Positions 27,163-36,896 of a stretch of DNA of 64,000 nucleotides are shown here, one piece after another. The stretch is from an uncultured Bdellovibrionales bacterium. Its GTDB lineage: Bacteria > Patescibacteriota > Minisyncoccia > Moranbacterales > UBA1568. Within the stretch, counting starts at the first letter, position 1. The number at the start of each line of letters is the position of its first letter. The notes under the pieces were generated by a model. That model ran no database searches, was not told the origin of the DNA, and worked only from the letters and a program-made list of their open reading frames with translations. A program made the position numbers and the translations under genes. The stretch lies in contig CAYTED010000007.1 of NCBI GenBank assembly GCA_964436855.1, positions 16,779-80,778 of the forward strand. Direction: 5' to 3'.

Positions 27163-29052
27163 TTATGCGGCGGTTCCATCGTCGGATCGACCCATATGCG
27201 TCCCATCTTCATAGGCTACCGCGTACATATCAGCGGTATCGTCATACCAGATAAACGAATACGATCCGTCCCCAACCCGCGAGGTTGTCCCGACGCGTTC
27301 ATCATCGGCAACACGAAAAATATCGATATTTACGGTACCTCCGCCCGAACCGGTAATAGATCCCGAGATACTGAAAGCAATGGAGTGGTATGTCATTAAA
27401 AAATCCAAGTGGTCAAACGTATTTGACGCATTCGCGGAAGCAAGCCTCCACCGACGTGATGTCTCGATATCGAGACGACTTAAAAGCGTATCTCCGGGCC
27501 ATCGGCTAAAAACCGAACGTGCGGTAAAGTACGCTTGTCGAACTCCAACTTCCGGATCGGTTGCCGATATATCGGTATAACAATTTTCCCATTTCAATCC
27601 CCCTTCTCCGGAAAGACGCTCCGTCTGCACGGTAACACCCGATGCGGTTCCCGTGCTTGTTGTCATATAAAAGTACCAACCGCCAATCGCGGTAAAAAAA
27701 TAATTCGTTTCCGGAATAACCGGTGCGGTAGCGGATATCGTTGAGCTGACCGCTGCTGCTGTTGTCGAGAAATTTTTCAAATTCCACCGAACCGTATGAT
27801 TGTGCGCTCCGACACCGTCGGTCGCTTTTCCGGAGGTATAGTTGATAATCCACAAACACGATACATTCAATCCCAGGTTTGTCGCGTCTGTCCGGTACGC
27901 ATCTGCCTGAAGCGTATTCGCTCCCCGGGAAAGTGTTGGCGTGAATGCTTCCATCAATCCCGCCCCACCGCCCATAATCGCGGCACCATCGGTGTATGTT
28001 TGAAAGGCTCCGGTACCAACCCGAAAATTTAATCCGGAAATCGCCGCCGTTTTATCGTAACAAACAAGCACCCCGGACTCCACTCCCGTAACCGTGTCCG
28101 GCTCTTCGATCCAAAGCGTTCGCTCGCCCCGCTGAAAATCCGCCGATGTCGTCCCTCCCATCGGAGAATCAAACTCCATTGGTAAAAGAAGAGAGTTCAG
28201 GATAGTGGTCGATGCGGACGGATCAAACTCGTAGGTTATAACCATATATACCTGCAAGTGCTCCGTAAAAGCCGACGACCCCCAAATATAAAACGAGTGC
28301 GAGGCATTCGTGGTAAAAGTCGGCTGATTCCACAAATAGGTAAACCAACGATCGGTAGCGAGTCCGGATTCGATACCGCCATTTGTATTGACGCCATTTG
28401 TGTCGATTTCCATCGAAATAGTCGGGTCGGTACCGGTGGTATCACTGTTCCCCTGAATGACAATATGCCAATCTCGAATCGTTTTTGATGACTCGGGAAG
28501 CCATGTATCAAGTGCCGGAATCGTCGCTATGGCCGTCCCCGGCTTCGTGGTCGCAAGCGCTCCGGACGGCGTATCAAGCGGCAAATAAACCGTCTTTATC
28601 TGTGTTGCCTGCGTATCGTCGTATTCATAGGTGATATACAGTCGTGCCGTAAGATCGCGCATCCCAAGCGTGGTACCGGTCGACTGATCCCAGTATGCCT
28701 GAATATCACAGGTCATATTTGTGCCAGACCAATTTGTAGAGAAGTGGGAAGTAAAATCAGCGGATACTTGATGTGAAACGTTCTCGCCGGAGTTTGCAAT
28801 ATCGTTCAGATTCGTATTCGTGGTATAGCCGGAAGCCCCAAGCTGCACCCCTATGCGCCATTCGGTAACCGTACCTCCGGTGTTCGTAATAATGTCGTTT
28901 GCCGTCATTACGCACAGAACACTCCGAAATGTAACCGTCCCACTCCCCTCCGGAATATATACCGTGAATTGGGTAAAGTTTGCCACCACTGCATCCGATG
29001 TCGAAGAAAGTGTCGGCGCTGAAAATTCGATAGTTTTGAGACGAGTAGCCAT
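27163..29052 (-). CDS. Thr/Ser/Gly-rich beta-strand protein without signal peptide (phage tail-associated-like), paralog A
   Basis: 629 aa starting MATRLKT; collinear paralog of 29814-31736. Function inferred only. Confidence 0.7.
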   Translation of the reverse strand: MATRLKTIEFSAPTLSSTSDAVVANFTQFTVYIPEGSGTVTFRSVLCVMTANDIITNTGGTVTEWRIGVQLGASGYTTNTNLNDIANSGENVSHQVSADFTSHFSTNWSGTNMTCDIQAYWDQSTGTTLGMRDLTARLYITYEYDDTQATQIKTVYLPLDTPSGALATTKPGTAIATIPALDTWLPESSKTIRDWHIVIQGNSDTTGTDPTISMEIDTNGVNTNGGIESGLATDRWFTYLWNQPTFTTNASHSFYIWGSSAFTEHLQVYMVITYEFDPSASTTILNSLLLPMEFDSPMGGTTSADFQRGERTLWIEEPDTVTGVESGVLVCYDKTAAISGLNFRVGTGAFQTYTDGAAIMGGGAGLMEAFTPTLSRGANTLQADAYRTDATNLGLNVSCLWIINYTSGKATDGVGAHNHTVRWNLKNFSTTAAAVSSTISATAPVIPETNYFFTAIGGWYFYMTTSTGTASGVTVQTERLSGEGGLKWENCYTDISATDPEVGVRQAYFTARSVFSRWPGDTLLSRLDIETSRRWRLASANASNTFDHLDFLMTYHSIAFSISGSITGSGGGTVNIDIFRVADDERVGTTSRVGDGSYSFIWYDDTADMYAVAYEDGTHMGRSDDGTAA

Positions 29053-29126
29053 TTATCGAATTATTAGTTAGAAAAGTATTCTCATTCTACCATAAAAAAC
29101 CGGGATATCTCCGGAAAATTTTTGTC

Positions 29127-29798
29127 TTATTTTTCTCCAACAATAACGAGAAGATCGGTTGACGGTATTTTTTCTCCTAAAGGAATCGTTTCTTCAAATA
29201 TTCCGTTCAGTCTTTCGGCCAAACGTTCTGAAATTTCACTCTGAAAATACGACGGATTGAAAATAAAAATCCCCCGGTAATCGGAATAATTGGCGTTTTC
29301 TCGAGCATTAATGGAGAGAAGAGGGAATTCTTCCTTTAAAATTCGTTCCACGTCCGCTACCCGTTCGGTATCGTGTGTCGCGATATACAACGAAAGCGTC
29401 AATGGGACCGTTGCGGCGGATTCATCATTCATTCCGGATAAAATTTCCGAATCGATACCCCCTCCCGACGGAAACGACGCGCTTTCGATAATTTTTCCGG
29501 TTTTCGGACGGAACAACAAAACCCACTTGTTCAATCGATACACCACCAATTGATCGCCATTGTCAACGCGATGAGGAAAAATTCTCGGATCAAGTTTTTT
29601 CACATCTTCAATCGTGAGCAAAATCGGCTCCTCATTTTTCGGAAGATCAACCAAGGCTCCGACAGACTCCTTGAATCGATCCGTTTCCTTGAGCTCGCCC
29701 CGTCGGTCGCGTTCCCATACTCGAAGTCCAAAAAAAACACTCCCTCCAATACAGGACAAAAGAATCGAAAAATAAAATATTTTTTGCCAGTACCTCAT
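29127..29798 (-). CDS. Membrane-anchored LytR_C-like protein (paralog 4)
   Basis: VDNGDQLVVY, LFRPK, TDLLVIVGE. Confidence 0.78.
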   Translation of the reverse strand: MRYWQKIFYFSILLSCIGGSVFFGLRVWERDRRGELKETDRFKESVGALVDLPKNEEPILLTIEDVKKLDPRIFPHRVDNGDQLVVYRLNKWVLLFRPKTGKIIESASFPSGGGIDSEILSGMNDESAATVPLTLSLYIATHDTERVADVERILKEEFPLLSINARENANYSDYRGIFIFNPSYFQSEISERLAERLNGIFEETIPLGEKIPSTDLLVIVGEK

Positions 29799-29813
29799 GA
29801 AATACCGCTTCGC

Positions 29814-31736
29814 TTACGATGCCGTGCCATTGTCGGAACGCCCAATGAGTGTTGAACTCTCTCTCGCTTCCGTAAAGAGCGTTTCCGTATTATCGTACCA
29901 CGTAATGGAGTAACTCCCGTTTCCGGTACGAGAGGTTGTCGCCGCAAGCTCTTTATTGCTTGTACGCCACAAACTGATAGATACCGTCCCGCCGGATGAA
30001 CCGGTAATCTCACCCGAAACGGTGTACACAATGGAGTGGTAGGTCAACCAAAGATCCATATATATGAATCCCGTTCCGGCATTGGTATATGTCCACCACC
30101 AACGTCGCGTTCCTTCGGGATCAAGTGATCTCATAGGGTCGTTTGGGTACCTCTGAATATCATCGCGAACACCGGCAAAATGCTGATGCAACCCTTTTTC
30201 CGCGTCAGTATGTCCATTAATCGTATCAACCGTCAGCCATTCGCCTGCCGAATCGGTTTTTTCCATCATTAAAACAGCGCCGCCGAATGTTGTCGTGGTG
30301 TTTGTTACATGAGCGACATGGCATCCGAAACCGCTCAAGTAGTAGTCGGTGTCCGGAATACTGACCGCAAAGGCGGCTGTTTTTCGATTCGTCGCCGTCG
30401 CGCCATCAAATGTAAATCCGGCATTCCACTTGACCGTATGATTGGCGGCACCATATCCTTGTGTTGGCTTATCGGCGGTATAGTTCACAATCCAAAAACC
30501 AGAAATACCGGGACCGAAATCGGCCGTATCCGAACGATAGAAATCGGCCGTAAGATTGTTTTGACCACGATCAAGAGTAAAGGCGGAATCATTCCGAACC
30601 ATACAACCATTACCGCCGCAGAGAACGGCCGCCGCATCGGTATACGATACGAACGACCCTGTTCCCACGCGAAAATTCAATGTAGAAATAGCCGCAGCCT
30701 GTTCCCATACCGGGAAGAACGCTATCTGTTTGGTAGTAATGGTTCCCGGCTCTTCAATCCATAAGATCCGGCTTACTCGATCAAAATCCGTCGAAGCGGT
30801 ACCTCCCAATATGGATGCCTGCGAAACCATAAGCGTCGAGACAAAAACCCCGCTCGAAGCCGAAGCGTCAAACTCATATGTGACCACCATATACACCTGT
30901 TGGTGATTATGACGTGCCACGGATGCCCAAATATAAAATCCGTGTGTCGCGTTTGTTGTCATTCCAAGTCCCGCCGAAGATCCGCCCGAATCATAGTAAC
31001 GTGTCGTCCATACGAATTTTGCCCAATAATCCGATGTCGCGCCCATCTCAAGAGTCTGGCTCGTGTAAGCTGTGAGAGTATCAATCTGCATTGAAAGCGT
31101 GGAGTCAACCGTGGAAGCGGTATTGTTCACGTTACCCTGACAGACGATATACATACTTCGATACGTCTTCGACGTCTCGGGGAGCTCGGTATCGAGCGCG
31201 GGGATAGTATCGGTTGCCGTCCCCGGCTTCGCTGTTGCCAGTGTTCCAACCGGCGCATTGAGCGGGATGTAAACAGTTTTGATTTGCGTTGTCTGACTAT
31301 CGTCGTATTCGTAGGTAATGTATACCGTCGCCCCGACATTGTTCATAATAATACCCGATGCCGAAGCGTGGTCGACCAAAACAGAAACAGCGACCGTCTT
31401 GCTCGTGCCGGTTGTCCAGTTGGTCGTGAAGTGTGTCGTTGCATCCGCCGCATAAAAAAGCATTGTTTGTTCACCGGAGTTCGTTTCGAGGTTGGCATTG
31501 GTATACGATGTCGCCGTGGCACCACCCACCGACACATCGATACGCCGCGACGTATAGTTTCCAAGCGTCGTTGAGGCATCATTTACCTGAAGTTCCACGA
31601 CCGCTTTCTTGATCGTTACCGTTCCTGAAAATTCGGGAATATACGCGGTAATCACCGTCATCGCCGTAAGCGTATTGTCCGCAAGCGTATTGAGCTGCGG
31701 AATACCGTATTGAATGGTTTTCAGTCTTGTCGCCAT
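29814..31736 (-). CDS. Thr/Ser/Gly-rich beta-strand protein without signal peptide (phage tail-associated-like), paralog B
   Basis: 640 aa, MATRLKT start, shares YITYEYDD.Q.TQIKTVY.PL, LWIEEP and RSD.GTA with paralog A. Confidence 0.7.
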   Translation of the reverse strand: MATRLKTIQYGIPQLNTLADNTLTAMTVITAYIPEFSGTVTIKKAVVELQVNDASTTLGNYTSRRIDVSVGGATATSYTNANLETNSGEQTMLFYAADATTHFTTNWTTGTSKTVAVSVLVDHASASGIIMNNVGATVYITYEYDDSQTTQIKTVYIPLNAPVGTLATAKPGTATDTIPALDTELPETSKTYRSMYIVCQGNVNNTASTVDSTLSMQIDTLTAYTSQTLEMGATSDYWAKFVWTTRYYDSGGSSAGLGMTTNATHGFYIWASVARHNHQQVYMVVTYEFDASASSGVFVSTLMVSQASILGGTASTDFDRVSRILWIEEPGTITTKQIAFFPVWEQAAAISTLNFRVGTGSFVSYTDAAAVLCGGNGCMVRNDSAFTLDRGQNNLTADFYRSDTADFGPGISGFWIVNYTADKPTQGYGAANHTVKWNAGFTFDGATATNRKTAAFAVSIPDTDYYLSGFGCHVAHVTNTTTTFGGAVLMMEKTDSAGEWLTVDTINGHTDAEKGLHQHFAGVRDDIQRYPNDPMRSLDPEGTRRWWWTYTNAGTGFIYMDLWLTYHSIVYTVSGEITGSSGGTVSISLWRTSNKELAATTSRTGNGSYSITWYDNTETLFTEARESSTLIGRSDNGTAS

Positions 31737-31821
31737 ACAATTATCTTATCCGACAAAAAGAGAACAGATCCCTGCCCTCTATGACAATACCTTGATCCAT
31801 GCCGGAATGTCGAAGGAAAAA

Positions 31822-32499
31822 TTATGTAAAATTATCGAGCTTCGCGAGAAGATCCCACTTATTATCGGTCGCGTTGTAGATAAATCCGAGATACATCGTT
31901 TTTGACACCACTGTCGTCGTCGGAAGCGCAAGGTCCGAACTCGCTCGATACCCACCCGTACCACTATTAAAAGCGAGTGTTTGCGCCGACGCATTGTCTT
32001 TGATTCGAATAATGAGTTGTTGCCCATGGGTCGGTGTCCCCGTTGGCGCACCAAAAGTCGCTCCGGCGGCGAGCGCAGTCAGAATATACACGTCCGTTGT
32101 ATCCACGTCGGGCGTTGGCGTAGCGGAAGATGTCGTCGATGTTACTCGCTTCGGCGCCTTTTTGGAAAATTTATATGAAAGACAAATCCAATTTCCACTC
32201 CCGAGCGAGAGGAATTCCGCCGTATCGTCCGCTACAGTCAAAATATCTTTGCCGCCGGGAAGAATGAGCGAGGTTCCGTTATAGGTCAGAGTGAGTGCTG
32301 CTGCAAAACGAACATTGCGCCGAATACCAGCCGAAACATTATCAAATGCGGTAATCGTCGTTGAACCGGTAATCCGAACACTATTTGATAGGGCTGCCCC
32401 GATATTGGTTGTTGTGCCGGATGCCACATCTACGCTCGCCGCCATATTGAGCGGAATAGAATCGAGCCGAACACTATTTTTTGATATACGGATTGGCAT
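31822..32499 (-). CDS. Phage tail-fibre-like protein, no signal peptide
   Basis: LTYNGTSLILPGG.DI.T.A.D.A.F.SLGSGNW.C and APTGTPT.GQ.L.IRIKDN...LPTTTV.SKT.YLGF.YN..D.KWD are segments I recognise from phage tail proteins. Start uncertain. Confidence 0.65.
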   Translation of the reverse strand: MPIRISKNSVRLDSIPLNMAASVDVASGTTTNIGAALSNSVRITGSTTITAFDNVSAGIRRNVRFAAALTLTYNGTSLILPGGKDILTVADDTAEFLSLGSGNWICLSYKFSKKAPKRVTSTTSSATPTPDVDTTDVYILTALAAGATFGAPTGTPTHGQQLIIRIKDNASAQTLAFNSGTGGYRASSDLALPTTTVVSKTMYLGFIYNATDNKWDLLAKLDNFT

Positions 32500-32503
32500 A
32501 ATC

Positions 32504-32938
32504 TCAAAACCCTTCCTTATCAATAACTAAAAGTTCCCCGCCCTCATCATCCGTTACCCGCAATTGCTTTCCGGTTTCGGTAATCTTGAAATTTTCGAAA
32601 GTTTTCTCGGAAAGAACTGTTTCTCCGCGGAACATGTTCATAAGTGGGTTGAGGTATTTTCCTAAAAGAAACACTGCTCCACCGAAAACCGCATATTTGA
32701 GAAACGCTCGCCGACGGGCATTGAGAGGAAGTATCGCGTTTTTTCCTTGTACTGCTTTTTCGAGGCTTTCCTCAACGTCAAGCGCAGCTTTCCGCGAACT
32801 TCCAAAAAATCTTTTTATCCTCCGACAAAAAAAAGAAAACACTCTCCCTGATTCCTTACGTGTGTCAGAGAAGAATCTTTTTGATGATCGAACGGCTTCC
32901 TTTTCGATCAAAACGACTTTACCCTTGGTTATTTTCAT
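32504..32938 (-). CDS. Twin-arginine motif membrane protein
   Basis: ARRRAFLK followed directly by hydrophobic YAVFGGAVFLLG; overlaps the end of tatA. Confidence 0.7.
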   Translation of the reverse strand: MKITKGKVVLIEKEAVRSSKRFFSDTRKESGRVFSFFCRRIKRFFGSSRKAALDVEESLEKAVQGKNAILPLNARRRAFLKYAVFGGAVFLLGKYLNPLMNMFRGETVLSEKTFENFKITETGKQLRVTDDEGGELLVIDKEGF

Positions 32939-33122
32939 TCCTTTTTGTTTCTTCACTCGCAATATCTTTGAGCTCCTCCTCAACCTCGCGTTTTCCTTTC
33001 TTAAATTCCCCCGTTACACGACCCAGTGAACGCGAAAACTCGACGATTTTTCCACTTCCGAAAAAAAGTACTGCCGCCACGAGAAGAATCACGATAACTT
33101 CCGGCAACCCAAGTCCAAACAT
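32919..33122 (-). CDS. tatA: Twin-arginine translocase TatA/TatE
   Basis: MFGLGLPEVIVILLVAAVLFFGSGKI..F.RSLG....EFKKG: TM helix, FG hinge and amphipathic helix. Confidence 0.93.
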   Translation of the reverse strand: MFGLGLPEVIVILLVAAVLFFGSGKIVEFSRSLGRVTGEFKKGKREVEEELKDIASEETKRNENNQG

Positions 33123-33213
33123 ATGATTTCCATTAATGGTTCTCCGAGATTATATCACAAAAAAACGCACTGACAAAAATCAGCGCGCGTGGTTTATTGT
33201 ATGATTTGTCGTC

Positions 33214-34056
33214 TTACTGCTTCGGATTTTCTTCAACTACGGTCTCTTCTTCGGATGGTGATGCTTCTTGGTTGATAGTATCGTCTTTATTTGATGTCAT
33301 ATCCTCCCCTGCCGGAGGCGTATTTTCCGAAACCGTCCCTTCTGATTTATTTGTTGGCACATCGGTCGGCATACTCATATCAATCGCCAAGAAATCAGAA
33401 ACCGCCTGCACGACCATTTTATTAATCTCCTCTTTTGAAATAATCTGCGAGAGCGCCGGCGCCGGGATAGGACTTGGAGTGGATGCTCTTGTCGGCGAGA
33501 TCTCTTTCGGTTCGATTGTTTTTTTCGGAATCGCTTTTACATCCGATCCGACAAGCGAGGCGTACTGCCCATCAACCGATTTCTCCCTGTCTTTTTTTGT
33601 AAGCGATGCCTGTACTTCCGACAAATATACCACCTCCCGACCGATAACCTGCTCCGCCTGCTCGACGATATAGGTTCCGAGATCTCGTTTTCCAAGAAGC
33701 GTCTTCGGAATTTCCATTTTTGCCGTTTTGCGAATTTCTCTCCATGCATCGTCTAAAACTTCGAATGTTTGGTATGAATAAGCCACAAAATACGCTTCCT
33801 TATTCTCCGTTATCGAATCAATACGCATTTTAAGATCGTATGCTCCAAAATTTTTTCCCGCGATTTGAGAAACATCAGTTTTTTTTGGCAATACATCTGT
33901 TGGCTCGGTTTCACCGGGGGTAAAGACTGCTTCCCGTAACTTCGGACTCGACGCAAATGCTGCTCCGGCGCTCAAAATAATCACAAAGAGAAGAAATGGA
34001 ACGGCATTATTGTATTTGAGAAAATCGAGAAATACTTTCATATGTTTTCGCTTCAT
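33214..34056 (-). CDS. Hypothetical exported or membrane-anchored protein
   Basis: N-terminal hydrophobic segment ending AFA, with an acidic low-complexity tail. Confidence 0.75.
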   Translation of the reverse strand: MKRKHMKVFLDFLKYNNAVPFLLFVIILSAGAAFASSPKLREAVFTPGETEPTDVLPKKTDVSQIAGKNFGAYDLKMRIDSITENKEAYFVAYSYQTFEVLDDAWREIRKTAKMEIPKTLLGKRDLGTYIVEQAEQVIGREVVYLSEVQASLTKKDREKSVDGQYASLVGSDVKAIPKKTIEPKEISPTRASTPSPIPAPALSQIISKEEINKMVVQAVSDFLAIDMSMPTDVPTNKSEGTVSENTPPAGEDMTSNKDDTINQEASPSEEETVVEENPKQ

Positions 34057-34076
34057 TGATTTTTATTATACCACAA

Positions 34077-34850
34077 TTACGAACGCTTTAACCTCCATCC
34101 GGCCGCACTAATACCAATCACGTAGAGACCAAAGAGCGGCAAGGCAAGAAATGCCATTGTTATTCCACTTCCATCCGGCGTAACAATCGCGGAAAAAAGA
34201 ACAATCACAAATACAGCTCCGCGAAAATGCCGTTTCCAAAATTCGGGAGGGATAACTCCGGAACACGACAATGCAGCCATTCCAATCGGAAGGAGAAACG
34301 CAAGCCCCACCGAAATTGTCAGGAAAAACACGGATGATACGAAGTCGTCGAGTGCAAAAAAAGGCGCGACTCCGATCGGGTCGGAGAAGGAATAGAGAAG
34401 CGCAAACGTTTGTGGAATGATGATAAAAAATCCGACGGCACAACCACAGTAAAAAAGAAATACTGATGGAAAAAGGAAGCGAAAAAAAGTTTTTCGTTCC
34501 GTCTCTTTCAAAGCCGGGCGAAGATACTGAAAAAAAAGAAGGAGTCCAACCGGAAAAACAACAAGGATGGCAGTGAGAAATGCCATCATAATCGGTGCGA
34601 GAAATGACGAAACCGGTCCGAGTGCAACGACCGAAATACCTTCGGGAAGCAAGGTTTCTCTTGTAAAAAGAAAAAGATTTGTAGCAAAGCTCACCGAAGA
34701 AAACGATACGAAAGGAACCGTAATATTTCCAATTGTTCTTTCACTCGGACCAAGAAAAAAGAGTCCAAAAAAAACCAAAAAAAGAACGATTGTCCCTCGA
34801 ATGACTAATCGTTTGAAAGCACTCAATTCACTTGCAAGATACTCTCGCAT
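34077..34850 (-). CDS. tatC: Twin-arginine translocase TatC (divergent)
   Basis: About six TM helices; FQYLRPALKETER, LF..G...GFF.I.P, SAIVTPDGSGITMAFLALP...LY. Confidence 0.88.
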   Translation of the reverse strand: MREYLASELSAFKRLVIRGTIVLFLVFFGLFFLGPSERTIGNITVPFVSFSSVSFATNLFLFTRETLLPEGISVVALGPVSSFLAPIMMAFLTAILVVFPVGLLLFFQYLRPALKETERKTFFRFLFPSVFLFYCGCAVGFFIIIPQTFALLYSFSDPIGVAPFFALDDFVSSVFFLTISVGLAFLLPIGMAALSCSGVIPPEFWKRHFRGAVFVIVLFSAIVTPDGSGITMAFLALPLFGLYVIGISAAGWRLKRS

Positions 34851-34852
34851 AA

Positions 34853-36778
34853 TTACAACTCATCAAATACAAGCATTGCATTGTTATCGTTATCGTAGAC
34901 ACCAAGCTCGGTTGCGGAATCATTTTTCAAATATACGCCATTGCCAAACTTGAGAACGTTTTCGATAAAAATATTCCCATCTCCCGTCAGCGTGAGCGCG
35001 GGGCATGCATCATTATCGCAAACCCAGAGATTCTCGGAAAGTGCCCGGATATCCGATCCGGTTGCCGCAATTTGCAGATCTCCAACCGAATCAACGGTCA
35101 TTTCGCTATAATTCGTAAGATCCTTGGAAAGTCGCACTTGCGGAGCACTCGCGGCCTGTACCACTTCAAGCACGCGTGCCGGTGAAGCAGTTCCGATACC
35201 GACATTCCCCGTACCATCAATCACAAACGGTGTTGTATCACTCACTGCGTCATCCACCCGAACCGCAAGATTATTGGTTCCGGTCGCGCGATGATCTACG
35301 AAAAGCGAGGTATTTGCATTGAGCGCGCCGATATTGGAAACCGAGAGAACATTTCCGGTATTTGAAGCGCTCGAACCACTCAAGGAAATTCCCGCCAAAT
35401 TTCCGGTAAATGTGGTTGAACTCGAAGCGACAGTCAGCCCAGATCCAGATGTCAGTCCATTGGTTGTTATCGCAAGACCCGTTTCGCCATCGATTGAATT
35501 CGCTGTAAGATTCGCACCGTTTGCCGCATTCGAACTCTGCACGAGATCAAGTACCGCGATCGCTGCCGTTGTATTGTCTTGACTCACTTGAAGCGTAAAC
35601 GCCGAAAGATCGTTTCCCCCAGACGATGGGTTCTTGATAACAAGACCATCATCCGCGGCCGTCAGTGAAATCGTCGCATTTCCTCCATCGGCATCATTCC
35701 CATACGTCGTTTGAAGATCGCTTGATCCGCCCGTCCCGCAACCGGCATTGGTTTCATTACAGAGTGTTTTTGTTGTTCCTCCTTCATTGATTTTAAATTT
35801 TCCAGCCGCGGAGTCATACCAGATATCTCCCGCGGCCGCGCCGGTCGTTCCGGAAACGATCACAGAAAGAAAGTCTCCGGTTGCAACGGATACCCGGCCG
35901 GAAGCAGAATCAAGAGTAAGTCCGGATGATCCTCCGGATGAAAGCGTTACCGCGCCTGCGCCGGTATAGCTTTGACCCGCGGCGATAGAAACACCGCCCG
36001 TATCGACCGTAATCGAATCAGCGGTAAGCGCATCTTGCACATCGACAATTCCGGATCCATTCGCGAGTAAAACCAGCGATTCATTGGTTCCGGTCGTGAT
36101 ATCGGTCGTTGCACCGGTAAATGTCAGTCCTGTTGAACCAATGATTTTATTTGTCAGCGTCTGTCCCGTCGTCAGGTCAGCAAGCGTTATCGTCCCCGAT
36201 GGAAGGGTCGCGACCGTCGTCGCTGTCGAAGTTAAGGTGAGAGGAAATGCTCCGGATGTCGTAAAAGCATCTGCGAAAGAAACTGTTTTGCCGTTCGCGA
36301 TCGTCAATGTTCCGGTCGTATCCGTTACGGAAAGCCCGTGAACCTTGTCGGCATTGAATGCATACGGAACGGCGGTAAAGCGAACGCGCGGCGACATTTC
36401 GCCATCGCTATTAAATTCGATACCGAGGTAAATATTGTCGGTATTGAAATCAACCGATCCGGGAAGTGCCGTATGCGTTCCGAGTGCCACTTGAAACACG
36501 CCATCGGTAACCGTCACCTGTGTCGTGCCACTATTCCACGTTTCCGTCCAAATCGCTGCGCCACCGGATGAGACGGAATAAAGCTTGAAAACAAAGTCGT
36601 AACTTCCGTTCGACACATTCGTTCCGTCCGAATTCACGACTTTTCCCTGAAAGTTGATTTGTTTGTTGATGCCGGTCGCAGCAAATACGGTTCCCGAAAA
36701 AGCAAAAATTCCCCCGAAAAGAGCAAGGGTGATAATCGAAGAAAGGGTGATATTTTTGATATTTCGGATCTGCCGCAT
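34853..36778 (-). CDS. Secreted fibre/adhesin-like surface protein
   Basis: Sec signal ending VFA, INFQGKV...FKLY N-terminal domain, Thr/Gly-rich shaft, AGDIWYDS and GNVGIGT.SP tail-fibre-like motifs. Confidence 0.8.
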   Translation of the reverse strand: MRQIRNIKNITLSSIITLALFGGIFAFSGTVFAATGINKQINFQGKVVNSDGTNVSNGSYDFVFKLYSVSSGGAAIWTETWNSGTTQVTVTDGVFQVALGTHTALPGSVDFNTDNIYLGIEFNSDGEMSPRVRFTAVPYAFNADKVHGLSVTDTTGTLTIANGKTVSFADAFTTSGAFPLTLTSTATTVATLPSGTITLADLTTGQTLTNKIIGSTGLTFTGATTDITTGTNESLVLLANGSGIVDVQDALTADSITVDTGGVSIAAGQSYTGAGAVTLSSGGSSGLTLDSASGRVSVATGDFLSVIVSGTTGAAAGDIWYDSAAGKFKINEGGTTKTLCNETNAGCGTGGSSDLQTTYGNDADGGNATISLTAADDGLVIKNPSSGGNDLSAFTLQVSQDNTTAAIAVLDLVQSSNAANGANLTANSIDGETGLAITTNGLTSGSGLTVASSSTTFTGNLAGISLSGSSASNTGNVLSVSNIGALNANTSLFVDHRATGTNNLAVRVDDAVSDTTPFVIDGTGNVGIGTASPARVLEVVQAASAPQVRLSKDLTNYSEMTVDSVGDLQIAATGSDIRALSENLWVCDNDACPALTLTGDGNIFIENVLKFGNGVYLKNDSATELGVYDNDNNAMLVFDEL

Positions 36779-36820
36779 ATGCGGTTTTTTCTGTTTTTTG
36801 TTTCAAGCCTTCGGCTCAAA

Positions 36821-36850
36821 GAAAAAGCGGGTGCACATGCACCCGCTCTT
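36821..36850 (-). terminator. Terminator-like hairpin inside the 5' leader of the fibre/tat locus
   Basis: AGCGGGTGCA-TG-TGCACCCGCT followed by TTTTCTTT on the minus strand. Confidence 0.55.
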
Positions 36851-36867
36851 TTATTAAGAACATATCC

Positions 36868-36896
36868 ATTATAGCTTAAAATAAGCCTAAAGTCAA
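36868..36896 (-). promoter_or_regulatory. Sigma70 promoter of the fibre/tat locus
   Basis: TTGACT-17 nt-TATAAT. Confidence 0.75.

Noticed and set aside
27163-36778. Prophage or tailocin
   Set aside because: No integrase, terminase, capsid, sheath, tube, baseplate or lysis genes; the fibre-like genes are interleaved with host-type membrane genes.
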